From positions 1 through 60,323 of the forward strand of contig CAZMBL010000002.1 of the NCBI GenBank assembly GCA_964564605.1: a stretch of DNA of 60,323 nucleotides, read 5' to 3'. How positions within the stretch are numbered: the stretch's first letter is position 1; each line of letters begins with the position of its first letter. The notes under the pieces are model-generated. The model did not search any database and had not been told where the DNA came from. It saw nothing but the letters and a program-made list of their open reading frames with translations. Source of the stretch: an uncultured Oscillospiraceae bacterium. GTDB taxonomy: Bacteria > Bacillota > Clostridia > Oscillospirales > Oscillospiraceae. A program made the position numbers and the translations under genes. Positions 26,537 to 35,901 of this stretch are shown one piece after another.

Positions 26537-28600
26537 TTACAGCTTCATGCAGACATCCCATGCCTGCCAGATGACGGTTCTGAGGTTGCCCACCTTGTCC
26601 GCATCGCCAACAAGATGGATGTGGCGGCCTTTTTCCGCCAGCGGGGCGGGCTTGTAGCCCACAGAGACGATCACATCGTCCGCCGCGATCTTGAACTGTG
26701 TCCCGTTCTTGTCCCGGACAATGACACCGTCTTCCTCGATGGAGATAACGGAGGTTTCCAGATGCACCGGCACCTTGTTGGCCTTGAAGAAGTCACGCAG
26801 GAAGGAGGTGTTGGCCAGACAGATGCCCGGGGTGGTCACCAGATCGTCCTGCATTTCCACGATGGTGGGGTGCTTGCCCTGCAGGTACAGCTCATAGGCG
26901 ATCTCACAGCCGGTCAGGCCGCCGCCGATGATGGTGACATCGTTGCCAACCTCTTTACGGCCCAGCAGGAAGTCCACGGCCTGAATACCCCGGTCGAAGC
27001 CGGGCACGGGGATGCGGTTGGGGCGGGAGCCGGTGGCGATGATGATCTCATCGGCCTGACAGCTCTCCAAATTGCGCACCTCGGCGTTGAGCTTGACGGT
27101 GATATTGGGATACTTGGTCAGCTCCCGGCGGTACCAGACGATCAGATCCCGATCCTTTTCCTTGAAGGAGGGGGCCGCCGCCGCGATAAACACGCCGCCG
27201 AGACGGTCGGACTTTTCGTAAATGGTCACATCGTGGCCACGCTGGGCGCACACCAGCGCGCTTTCCATGCCGCCGATTCCGCCGCCGATGATGGCAATGT
27301 GCTTTTTCCGCCGTGCGGGGCGAATGTGGTGCTTTTTGCTCTGCATGGTCTGGGCGTTCAGAGCGCAGCGGGCCAGACCCATGGTATCGCTCAGATCCTG
27401 TGTGTTGTAATGCCCCTTGGAGGAGGAGAAATTGAAGCAGCCGCTGTGGCAGCAGATGCAGGGCTTGATATCCTCCACCCGGTCTTCCAGCAGCTTGGTG
27501 ACCCACTGGGGATCCACCAGGAACTGCCGGGCAACGCCCATGGCATCAATGCGGCCCTCTCCGATGGCCTCGGCCGCAGTGGCCGGATCCATGCGCCCGG
27601 CGCAAACCACGGGGATGTCCACAAATTTCTTGATGTGGGCAACATCCTCCAGATTGCAGTTTTCGGGCATGTACATAGGCGGATGGGCCCAGTACCAGCT
27701 GTCGTAGGTGCCATTGTCGGCGTTGAGCATGTCATAGCCCGCGTCCTGCAGGTAACGGGCGGCCTTTTCCGACTCTTCCATGGTGCGGCCCAGCTCCGGC
27801 GCATCCTCACCGGGGACGATACCCTCCGCGAAGCCCTTGAGCATGGAACGCACGGAGTAGCGCAGAGAGACGGGGAAATCCGCGCCGCAGCTTTCCTTGA
27901 TGGCCTGCACCACCTCAACGGCAAAGCGGTAGCGGTTTTCGAAGCTGCCGCCGTAGTCATCGGTGCGCTTGTTGAAGAAGGAAATGGCGAACTGATCCAG
28001 CAGATACCCCTCGTGAACGGCGTGAACCTCCACACCGTCTACCCCCGCGTCCTTGCACAGCTTGGCGGTGCGGGCGTAAGCGTCGATGATCTCGTGAATC
28101 TGCTCTACCGTCATTTCCGGACACTGAATGTCCGGCGCCCAGCGGGCGGGCTGCGCCGAGGGAGATGCCAGCTCATGGCTGGTGTCGATGACGGGCTTGA
28201 TAATGGCGCGGGTCAGGGGATTTTTGTGCAGCGGGCCGATGGACTCCGTAATAGCCCAGGAACGGCCCATGCCGGCGGTCAGCTGAATGAACAGCTTGGC
28301 ACCGGTTTTGTGGATCTCATCCATGAAATCCTTCAGTTCCCGGAACATTTTGGGGTTCTGCCACAGCCATTTGCCCCAGAAGGTATCCCGCAGGGGGGCA
28401 ATGCCGGGGATGATCAGACCCACATTGTTCTGGGCACGCTCCAGAAACAGCTTTGCTGCTTCCTTGTCAAATCCGCAGCCTGTCAGCTCGAACCAGCCAA
28501 ACAGACTTGTGCCGCCCATGGGGCACATGACAATGCGGTTTTTGATCTCCACATTGCCGATTTTCCAGGGGGTAAAAAGTGCTTCATACCTGGCTTGCAT
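26537..28600 (-). CDS. 2-enoate reductase-like NADH:flavin oxidoreductase (OYE barrel + 4Fe-4S + FAD domain)
   Basis: EVHAVHEGYLLDQF, NKRTDDYGGSFENR, CICCHSGC Fe-S motif, two GxGxxG FAD/NAD motifs. Confidence 0.85.
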   Translation of the reverse strand: MQARYEALFTPWKIGNVEIKNRIVMCPMGGTSLFGWFELTGCGFDKEAAKLFLERAQNNVGLIIPGIAPLRDTFWGKWLWQNPKMFRELKDFMDEIHKTGAKLFIQLTAGMGRSWAITESIGPLHKNPLTRAIIKPVIDTSHELASPSAQPARWAPDIQCPEMTVEQIHEIIDAYARTAKLCKDAGVDGVEVHAVHEGYLLDQFAISFFNKRTDDYGGSFENRYRFAVEVVQAIKESCGADFPVSLRYSVRSMLKGFAEGIVPGEDAPELGRTMEESEKAARYLQDAGYDMLNADNGTYDSWYWAHPPMYMPENCNLEDVAHIKKFVDIPVVCAGRMDPATAAEAIGEGRIDAMGVARQFLVDPQWVTKLLEDRVEDIKPCICCHSGCFNFSSSKGHYNTQDLSDTMGLARCALNAQTMQSKKHHIRPARRKKHIAIIGGGIGGMESALVCAQRGHDVTIYEKSDRLGGVFIAAAAPSFKEKDRDLIVWYRRELTKYPNITVKLNAEVRNLESCQADEIIIATGSRPNRIPVPGFDRGIQAVDFLLGRKEVGNDVTIIGGGLTGCEIAYELYLQGKHPTIVEMQDDLVTTPGICLANTSFLRDFFKANKVPVHLETSVISIEEDGVIVRDKNGTQFKIAADDVIVSVGYKPAPLAEKGRHIHLVGDADKVGNLRTVIWQAWDVCMKL

Positions 28601-28708
28601 AATGCTCCACGCTCCAATCTTTTGATGATCTATCTTTCATCCCCGTTAGGGATGGACGATTCGGAGAAATTTGCCTGAAAAAGGGGAAACCGGGACTTTC
28701 TTAATAAG

Positions 28709-28737
28709 ATTATACGCCTGTCCGGGCTGCCTGTCAA
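28709..28737 (-). promoter_or_regulatory. Sigma-A promoter of the enoate reductase-acnX operon
   Basis: TTGACA (28737-28732), 17 bp, TATAAT (28714-28709). Confidence 0.85.
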
Positions 28738-28794
28738 CGGCTTCCCGGGCAGAAGATGGGGCGCAATATGCACAAATCGGAGATGGCTGCCGCG

Positions 28795-28823
28795 TTGACA
28801 AAGACTTTTCCCCATGCTATGAT
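28795..28823 (+). promoter_or_regulatory. Sigma-A promoter of patB (divergent)
   Basis: TTGACA, 17 bp, TATGAT with an upstream TG. Confidence 0.8.
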
Positions 28824-28942
28824 AAAAAGGACTCTGAAGCAATCGTCCGTGTCAAAATCCTTCGTGATCGGCGCTTTCCGATTGACGCAGAGATTCCATA
28901 AACAAAAGCCTCCGGCCAGCCGGATGGCGGAAGGAGCGCATC

Positions 28943-30169
28943 ATGCACTACGATTTTACCACCATTATGGATCGTGCGGGGCACGACGCGATTGCCGTGG
29001 ATGCGGTGGGCGCGGCGGATGGATTCACGCCCGGCGCGCCGAAGGAGGGCTTCGACCTGATCCCCATGTGGGTGGCGGATATGAATTTTGCCACGGCCCC
29101 ATCGGTGATCAGCGCCATGCGGGAGCGGATCGAACATCCCGCTTTCGGGTACTTTGACCCCTCGCAGGCGTATTTTGACAGCATTATCCGCTGGCAGGAG
29201 CAACGCAATGGCGTGACCGGCCTGCGGCCGGAGCATATCGGCTATGAAAACGGGGTGCTAGGCGGCGTGATCAGCGCCATGGCGGCGCTGTGCGCGCCGG
29301 GGGAGAAGGTGCTGCTGCACAGCCCCACCTACATCGGCTTTACCCACTGTCTGGAAGATAACGGCTACCCCATTGTCCACTCGCCGCTGGTGCGGGATGA
29401 AAACGGCATCTGGCGCATGGATTTTACGGATATGGAGCAGAAGCTGCGCAGCGAACACATCCACACCATGATTTTCTGTTCACCCCACAACCCCACAGGC
29501 CGTGTCTGGGAACGCTGGGAGCTGGAAAAGCTGATCGAGCTGTGCCGGAAGCTGGATGTGCAGCTGATTTCCGACGAGATCTGGTCGGATCTGATTTTGA
29601 GCGGCAATCGCCATATTCCCACCCAGTCCGTCAGCGAGGCGGCCCGGCAGCGCACCATCGCCCTGTATGCCCCATCCAAGACCTTCAATCTGGCGGGACT
29701 TGTGGGCAGCTACCACATTGTCTACAATGATCGCCTGCGCCATGCCATGGAGCAGGCCGGCTCCCGCTGCCACTATAACAGCATGAATGTGCTGTCCATG
29801 CACGCGCTGGTGGGAGCCTATCGGCCGGAGGGCGGTGAATGGGTGGACGAGCTTTGTAAGGTTCTCACCGGCAACGTGGATTTTGCCTGCCGCTTCATCT
29901 GGGAGAATTTCCCCGGGGTGACTTTGTCCGCCCCCCAGGGAACCTACATGCTGTTTCTCGATTGCACCGACTGGTGCGCGGGCAGGGGACAGTCCATCGA
30001 ACAGCTGCTGCGCGCAGGCTGGGATGTAGGCGTTGCATGGCAGGACGGAAGACCCTTCCACGGCCCATGCCACATCCGCATGAATCTGGCACTGCCCCGC
30101 AGCCGGGTGGAGGAGGCGTTTGCGCGCCTGGCCCGGTATGTATTTACTGCGGAACCGACAGGAAAGTGA
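28943..30169 (+). CDS. patB: MalY/PatB-family PLP-dependent cystathionine beta-lyase
   Basis: IPMWVADMNF, CSPHNPTGRVW, SDEIW, APSKTFNLAGL (PLP Lys), IRMNLA. Confidence 0.85.
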   Translation: MHYDFTTIMDRAGHDAIAVDAVGAADGFTPGAPKEGFDLIPMWVADMNFATAPSVISAMRERIEHPAFGYFDPSQAYFDSIIRWQEQRNGVTGLRPEHIGYENGVLGGVISAMAALCAPGEKVLLHSPTYIGFTHCLEDNGYPIVHSPLVRDENGIWRMDFTDMEQKLRSEHIHTMIFCSPHNPTGRVWERWELEKLIELCRKLDVQLISDEIWSDLILSGNRHIPTQSVSEAARQRTIALYAPSKTFNLAGLVGSYHIVYNDRLRHAMEQAGSRCHYNSMNVLSMHALVGAYRPEGGEWVDELCKVLTGNVDFACRFIWENFPGVTLSAPQGTYMLFLDCTDWCAGRGQSIEQLLRAGWDVGVAWQDGRPFHGPCHIRMNLALPRSRVEEAFARLARYVFTAEPTGK

Positions 30170-30178
30170 GGGCGTTTC

Positions 30179-31480
30179 ATGCTGCCACAGGCATTTTTAC
30201 AGCGTATGCAGGCACAGCTGGGGCCGGAATACCCCGCGTATCTGGAAAGTCTGGATCGCCCCCGGGCGGTGGCCCTGCGGCTCAATCCGCTGAAAGGCCC
30301 GGCACCCCGGCTGCCCTTTCTGGAAACTGCGGTGCCATGGGAGAGCGCGGGCCGGTACTATGACCCCACGGCCCGGCCCGGGCTGCACCCTCTGCACGAG
30401 GCGGGCGTATACTATTTGCAGGAGGCCAGCGCCATGTCCGCTGTGGCGTTGCTGGAGCCCCAGCCCGGGGAGCGGGTGTGCGACCTGTGCGCCGCCCCCG
30501 GCGGAAAATCCACCCAGATCGCCGGGCGCATGGGTGGAAGGGGCCTTCTGGTTTGCAATGAGATCCACCCCAAGCGGGCACGAATTTTGTCCCAGAACAT
30601 CGAGCGCATGGGCGTTGCCAATGCGCTGGTGACCAACGAAACGCCCCAGACATTGTCCCGGCGACTGCCGGGGTTTTTCGACCGGGTGCTGGTGGACGCG
30701 CCCTGCTCCGGGGAGGGGATGTTTCGCAAGGAGGCTGCCGCTGTCACGGACTGGAGCCCGGAGACGGTGCAGCTGTGCGCCCGGCGGCAGGGAGAGATTC
30801 TGCGCTGCGCCGCGGCGCTTCTTCGTCCCGGCGGGCGGCTGGTTTACTCCACCTGTACCTTCGCCCCGGAGGAAAACGAGCAGACGGTGCTGCAATTTCT
30901 GGCAGAGCATCCGGATTTCGCACCGGAGCCGGTGCAGGCCCCGTGGTTCACCCAAACCGGGGAGGGCATGTTCCGCCTCTGGCCCCACAAATGCCGGGGA
31001 GAGGGCCACTTTGTCGCCGTGTTGAGAAAGTGCCGCGGCGAGGAGGAGTCGTCGGTGCGGCTCCAGAGTGGCGTGCCGCTGCCTGCTGCGTGGAATGGCT
31101 TTGCCGCGGCCATGGGCATTACCCTGCCGGCCGGGAAAGCGGTGCGCTTCGGCTCCCGGCTGTACTGGGCACCGCCGGAGTTGCCCCAGCTGGAGGGGCT
31201 GAAGGTGCTGCGCCCCGGTCTGGAGCTGGGGGAGGAAAAGAAAGACCGGCTGGAGCCTGCCCATGCGCTGGCGCTGTGGCTGCATGGCTGTGCCAACGTC
31301 TGTCCGCTGGATCCGGATGGGCCGCAGCTGCGTGCCTACCTGCGGGGCGAGACCGTGGCCGGAACCCGGCGGGGCTGGTGTCTCGTCATGGCCGGGGACT
31401 ACTCCATCGGCTGGGCAAAAGGGGATGGAACCATGCTGAAAAACCACTATCCCAAGGGACTTCGCCGGGAAATCCCATAA
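30179..31480 (+). CDS. rsmF: RsmF/RsmB-family 16S rRNA m5C methyltransferase
   Basis: YYLQEASAM, DLCAAPGGKS, DAPCSGEGMFRK, YSTCT, C-terminal LKNHYPKGLR. Confidence 0.85.
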   Translation: MLPQAFLQRMQAQLGPEYPAYLESLDRPRAVALRLNPLKGPAPRLPFLETAVPWESAGRYYDPTARPGLHPLHEAGVYYLQEASAMSAVALLEPQPGERVCDLCAAPGGKSTQIAGRMGGRGLLVCNEIHPKRARILSQNIERMGVANALVTNETPQTLSRRLPGFFDRVLVDAPCSGEGMFRKEAAAVTDWSPETVQLCARRQGEILRCAAALLRPGGRLVYSTCTFAPEENEQTVLQFLAEHPDFAPEPVQAPWFTQTGEGMFRLWPHKCRGEGHFVAVLRKCRGEEESSVRLQSGVPLPAAWNGFAAAMGITLPAGKAVRFGSRLYWAPPELPQLEGLKVLRPGLELGEEKKDRLEPAHALALWLHGCANVCPLDPDGPQLRAYLRGETVAGTRRGWCLVMAGDYSIGWAKGDGTMLKNHYPKGLRREIP

Positions 31481-31568
31481 AAAATACTTTACATAAATCA
31501 CGGTTCATGGTATAATACTCCTTGCGACTATGAAATGTATCAAATGTGTTACCTGAGGAGGATGTTCC

Positions 31569-32834
31569 TTGGCCAGATATGAAATCAGGGGCGGCACACC
31601 GCTCAACGGCAGCGTCACCATCAGCGGCGCGAAAAATGCGGCGGTTGCCATTTTGCCGGCTGCGCTGCTGGTTGACGGCATCTGCCGGATCGAAAATGTT
31701 CCGGACATCTCCGATGTCCGTATTCTGCTTTCCATTTTGGAGGGGCTTGGGGCGAAGGTCAGCCCGCTGCACGACGGCGTGGTGACCATTGACTGCTCCC
31801 ACGTCCACGCCACCGAGCCGGAGGCGTCTCTGGTGAAGAAAATGCGTGCCAGCTATTACCTGATGGGGGCCCTGCTGAGCCGGTTCGGCCACTGCCATGT
31901 GGCGCTGCCCGGCGGCTGCAATTTTGCCACCCGTCCCATCGATCAGCATATCAAGGGCTTCCGGGCGCTGGGTGCATCGGTGGAGGAAACACAGGAATAT
32001 GTGGCCCTTTCTCCCGGCCCCAACGGTCTGTGCGGCAGCCGGGTTTGTCTGGATATGGCCTCCGTGGGAGCCACGGCCAACATTATGATGGCCAGCGTCC
32101 TTTTGCCGGGGCAAACCGTCATTGAAAACGCCGCCAAAGAGCCCCATATCGTGGATCTGGCCAACTTCCTCAACACCATGGGGGCGCAGGTCTCCGGCGC
32201 AGGCACGGACACGGTCAAGATCCGGGGCGTCAGCTCCATGCAGGGCGGATGCTATGCCATCATTCCGGACCAGATCGAGGCCGGAACCTATATGGCAGCC
32301 GTGGCTGCCACCGGCGGCAATGTGCTGGTGAAAAATGTCATCCCCAAGCATATGGACTGCATCACCTCCAAGCTGGCGGAGATGGGGGCCGTCATTACCA
32401 ATTATGACGATTGCATCCGCATCCAGAGCGACGGCAAGCTCCATGCCACCACAGTCAAAACCCGGCCATACCCCGGTTTCCCCACGGATATGCAGGCGCA
32501 GATCTGCGTGTGCATGACACTGGCCAACGGTGTCAGCCGCCTGACGGAAAGCGTGTATGAGACCCGTTTCTTCGGCTACTGTCAGGAGCTGGAGAGCATG
32601 GGGGCCCGTATCAATATCAACGGTAAAACCGCGGAGGTCACCGGCCGTGACCGGCTCAAGGGCACCACGGTGGTGGCTCGGGATCTGCGGGCGGGCGCCG
32701 CGCTGGTGATCGCCGGATTGACGGCGGAGGGCGTGACCCGTGTGGAGAATATCCATTATGTTGAACGAGGCTATGAGGATCTGATCAACAAGCTGACCCG
32801 ACTGGGTGCGACCATTTCCCGCATCGAGAACTGA
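31569..32834 (+). CDS. murA: UDP-N-acetylglucosamine 1-carboxyvinyltransferase
   Basis: GAKNA, MRASYY, LPGGC (active-site Cys), AAKEPHI, PGFPTDMQ, DLRAGAAL; TTG start. Confidence 0.95.
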   Translation: MARYEIRGGTPLNGSVTISGAKNAAVAILPAALLVDGICRIENVPDISDVRILLSILEGLGAKVSPLHDGVVTIDCSHVHATEPEASLVKKMRASYYLMGALLSRFGHCHVALPGGCNFATRPIDQHIKGFRALGASVEETQEYVALSPGPNGLCGSRVCLDMASVGATANIMMASVLLPGQTVIENAAKEPHIVDLANFLNTMGAQVSGAGTDTVKIRGVSSMQGGCYAIIPDQIEAGTYMAAVAATGGNVLVKNVIPKHMDCITSKLAEMGAVITNYDDCIRIQSDGKLHATTVKTRPYPGFPTDMQAQICVCMTLANGVSRLTESVYETRFFGYCQELESMGARININGKTAEVTGRDRLKGTTVVARDLRAGAALVIAGLTAEGVTRVENIHYVERGYEDLINKLTRLGATISRIEN

Positions 32835-32850
32835 ACGAGCAAAAGTTTGT

Positions 32851-32886
32851 AAAAAGGGCACGCCGATCCTTCGGTGTGCCCTTTTT
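32851..32886 (+). terminator. Intrinsic (possibly bidirectional) terminator
   Basis: AAAAGGGCACGCCGA-TCCT-TCGGTGTGCCCTTTTT. Confidence 0.8.
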
Positions 32887-32904
32887 GCATGTCGAAAAAC
32901 CACA

Positions 32905-32988
32905 TCATAACGAAGGGAGTGCGCACACTGGTGTGGCATCCTCCCGTCCTTCCGGGTATTTTGTAGGGGCCGATGTGCCGCAATCGGC
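32905..32988 (-). repeat. REP-like extragenic repeat, copy B (inverted relative to copy A)
   Basis: Near-identical reverse complement of 24573-24656; contains GTAGGGGCCGATGTGCCGCAATCGGCCC palindrome. Confidence 0.8.
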
Positions 32989-33172
32989 CCGAGCGTCCCC
33001 TGCTCCACCCGGCCATCGTAGGAGGCGGCATCCCTGACAGCCCTCTTGCACCGAAAATTTGCACAATCATCCCATTACGTTGCAGGAGCTACCATCGGTC
33101 GCACGCCCGGTTTCCATTTTCTGCCGACCAAATATACGCATATGACACGGATGAGAATGCCTTTCCGGACAG

Positions 33173-33202
33173 AAAAAAGCCACGGCGTGAGCCGTGGCTT
33201 TT
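33173..33202 (-). terminator. secG terminator
   Basis: AAAAAAGCCACGGC-GTGA-GCCGTGGCTTTT. Confidence 0.8.
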
Positions 33203-33214
33203 CATGGATTCATC

Positions 33215-33451
33215 TTAGAAAAAGCTGAGCGACAGGGCAAGGACGATCCAGGCCAGCGCGATCCACTTGGTGGAGGAAGCCAGAATGGCATCCAGACTGC
33301 CCTTCTTATTCTTGCCAAGGTAGCTATCCGTATTGCCGGCGATCGCACCGGACAGGCCAGCCTCTTTGCCGGACTGCAGCAGGACGACAACGATCAGGGC
33401 GATGCTGGCCAGCACCTCCAGAACCGTCAGAATGATCTCAACAACTTGCAT
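33215..33451 (-). CDS. secG: Preprotein translocase subunit SecG
   Basis: 78 aa, two TM, VLLQSGKEAGLSGAIAG. Confidence 0.93.
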   Translation of the reverse strand: MQVVEIILTVLEVLASIALIVVVLLQSGKEAGLSGAIAGNTDSYLGKNKKGSLDAILASSTKWIALAWIVLALSLSFF

Positions 33452-33597
33452 GTTTCACAAACCTCCCTCCGCCTTCAGATGGCGGCAGCCGCACATCTGC
33501 GGCAGCGTATGCTCCCAATTACAGGGAACTCACAATAGCCCGGATATTATACCATGGCTAATTTCAAAAAGCAAGCCCAAAAACGGGATTTTTTCGA

Positions 33598-34725
33598 TTA
33601 TTTTGTAACCCAGTTGCCGGTGGCCAGACAATTGAGGTAGCTTTCGATGAAGGGATCCAGTGCGCCATCCATCACCGCATTGACATTGGAGGTCTCGCAG
33701 CCGGTGCGGGTATCCTTCACCAGTGTGTAGGGCATGAACACATAATTGCGGATCTGGCTTCCCCACTCGATCTTCTGCTGCACGCCCTTGATATCCGCGA
33801 TGGTGGCCAGATGCTCCCGTTCCCGGATCTCCACCAGCTTGGAGCGGAGCATACGCAGGCAGGTCTCTTTGTTCTGGAACTGGCTGCGCTCCGTCTGGCA
33901 GGAGACCACAATGCCAGTGGCCTTGTGAATCAGCCGCACGGCAGAAGAAGTCTTGTTGATATGCTGGCCGCCCGCGCCGGAGGAACGGAATACCTGCATT
34001 TCATAATCCTCGGGTCGGATCTCAAAATCCTCCGTATCATCCTCGATCTCCGGCACCACCTCGATGGCGGAGAAGGAGGTCTGCCGCCGAGCATTGGCGT
34101 CAAAGGGTGAGACCCGCACCAGCCGGTGAACGCCGCCCTCCCCTTTAAGGAAGCCGTAGGCATTTTCGCCCTCGATCAGGATGGATGCGGACTTGATGCC
34201 AGCCTCGTCCCCGTCCTGATAGTCCAGAATGCGGTAGGTAAAGCCGCTGCGCTCCGCCCAGCGGGTGTACATGCGGTAGAGCATCTGGCACCAGTCCTGT
34301 GCCTCCGTGCCGCCGGCGCCCGCCTGAAAGCCCACAATGGCGTTATTCTTATCGTACTTGCCGGTCAGAAGTGTCTCCAGACGGCAGCTCTCCATTTCGG
34401 CGGCGAGCACCTCGAAGCCCTGCTTCAGCTCATCAAGCATGGAGTCATCATCTTCCTCTGCGGCCATTTCGCAGATGGTCATCAAATCGTCCCAATCCGC
34501 GCACATTTTCTCATAACGGCAGATTTTTGCCTCAGCCTGCCGGGTTTTTACCACGATTTTCTGGCTTTTATCCGGATCGTCCCAGAAACCGGGGGCCTCC
34601 TGCATGGCGTGCAGCCGCTCCAGCTCACTGCGCATACCCTCCACATTCAGAGACTGAGCCAGTCCATCCAGCGCGGGCTTGCAATCGTTGAGCTTCTGTC
34701 TGTAGCTGTCAAATGCAATATCCAT
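33598..34725 (-). CDS. prfB: Peptide chain release factor 2 (uninterrupted ORF)
   Basis: SPF anticodon tripeptide (RVSPFD), GGQ motif, GAGGTEAQDW, WGSQIRNY. Confidence 0.96.
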   Translation of the reverse strand: MDIAFDSYRQKLNDCKPALDGLAQSLNVEGMRSELERLHAMQEAPGFWDDPDKSQKIVVKTRQAEAKICRYEKMCADWDDLMTICEMAAEEDDDSMLDELKQGFEVLAAEMESCRLETLLTGKYDKNNAIVGFQAGAGGTEAQDWCQMLYRMYTRWAERSGFTYRILDYQDGDEAGIKSASILIEGENAYGFLKGEGGVHRLVRVSPFDANARRQTSFSAIEVVPEIEDDTEDFEIRPEDYEMQVFRSSGAGGQHINKTSSAVRLIHKATGIVVSCQTERSQFQNKETCLRMLRSKLVEIREREHLATIADIKGVQQKIEWGSQIRNYVFMPYTLVKDTRTGCETSNVNAVMDGALDPFIESYLNCLATGNWVTK

Positions 34726-34833
34726 AAACTATTCTCCATCCGTAAATTTCCACATTCCGGATTATTATAACCGAAAAAGCCCCGTCTGTAAAGAGGAAAA
34801 GGCCGAAAAGTCCCCGCAAATGCCGAAAGGTTC

Positions 34834-35619
34834 TCATTTCCCCCAGTCCGCCCGGCCCGGCAGGCGATTGCCCATGGCGTTAAACACGGCATCGCCGTTG
34901 GTCAGCAACCGGTCTTCATTGCGCAAAATGGCATCGCAATAGTCCTTTTCCGATGTGATGGGCCGCCGGAAGGCCACGCCGCCGCCGAACAGATCGGTGG
35001 TGTGGATATCGGAGCCGGCGGTCATAGGCTTGCCGTTGGCCAACGCGTAGGCGATGGCCTGCTCGTCAAACACACGGCGATTGTGGCAACCGCTGCGGGG
35101 ATTGCTGTGGGTGGCATTGATGGCCTCCACCGCGTCCACATACTCCGGCAGCAGCACCAGCTGCCGGATATACCACGCCTCCCGGAACGGATGGGCGTGT
35201 ACCACCATGGCGCCGGCCTGCCGCACCAGCGAAAGATGCGCCGGTGCCTCCATGTCCTTCAGCTCCGGGTGTTCCCGGAGCCACTGGGGGCTCAGACCGT
35301 AGATCAGAAATTCCGCGCCATAATGGGCTTTGCCGGAAAAGCCGGCCTCGTAGCCGAAGAAAACCGACAGGCCGATCTCCTCCCCCACTCGCTTCGCCGC
35401 CTCGTAGCTTGCAGCCATGCGGTCGATCCACTGGGGCCACGGAATATCCCGATCGATGCAGGAATTGCCCAACCAGTTGTGTTCCGTCACGAAAATACCG
35501 CTGTAGCCCGCCTGCGCGGCGGCACGCACCATCTGCTCCGGGGAATTCTGGGCGCAGGCGCTGCCCATAGCCGTGTGCAAATGGGTTTCATAAAGATAGG
35601 GATACTGCTCCCGATACAT
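34834..35619 (-). CDS. PHP-domain metallo-phosphoesterase
   Basis: ETHLHT, VTEHN, HAHPFR, AGSDIH PHP metal ligands. Confidence 0.85.
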   Translation of the reverse strand: MYREQYPYLYETHLHTAMGSACAQNSPEQMVRAAAQAGYSGIFVTEHNWLGNSCIDRDIPWPQWIDRMAASYEAAKRVGEEIGLSVFFGYEAGFSGKAHYGAEFLIYGLSPQWLREHPELKDMEAPAHLSLVRQAGAMVVHAHPFREAWYIRQLVLLPEYVDAVEAINATHSNPRSGCHNRRVFDEQAIAYALANGKPMTAGSDIHTTDLFGGGVAFRRPITSEKDYCDAILRNEDRLLTNGDAVFNAMGNRLPGRADWGK

Positions 35620-35640
35620 ATCCGCTCGTCTCCTGTCTGT

Positions 35641-35901
35641 TTACAGCACGTCCAGCTGCCGAAGCTGGGTAAGAAAATCCTCCACATCTGCGCGCAGGAT
35701 GGCCTCGTCCACATCATATTCTTCCAGCATACGCGCCACCAGCTCCTGCGCCGAGTCGCACTGCGGCAGCAGATCCCAGATGGCGGAAGCCGTTTCATTG
35801 AGGGTCAGCAGGCCCTTGAGTTCCGTCGATGCACTTCCAATGGGCACCAGCAGCACATCTCCGGCGATGCTGCGCTTTACAAGCTGCTTTTTGATCTTCA
35901 T
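35641..35901 (-). CDS. Stand-alone PqqD-family RiPP recognition element (86 aa)
   Basis: MKIKKQLVKRSIAGDVLLVP...LNETASAIWDLL...EEYDVD...ADVEDFL; ATG overlaps the radical SAM stop; GGAGG RBS. Confidence 0.88.
   Translation of the reverse strand: MKIKKQLVKRSIAGDVLLVPIGSASTELKGLLTLNETASAIWDLLPQCDSAQELVARMLEEYDVDEAILRADVEDFLTQLRQLDVL

Noticed and set aside
26537-28600. Bilirubin reductase BilR or bile-acid BaiCD/BaiH
   Set aside because: Active-site segment is HEGY (enoate-reductase type) rather than the BilR HGDR motif; no bai genes nearby
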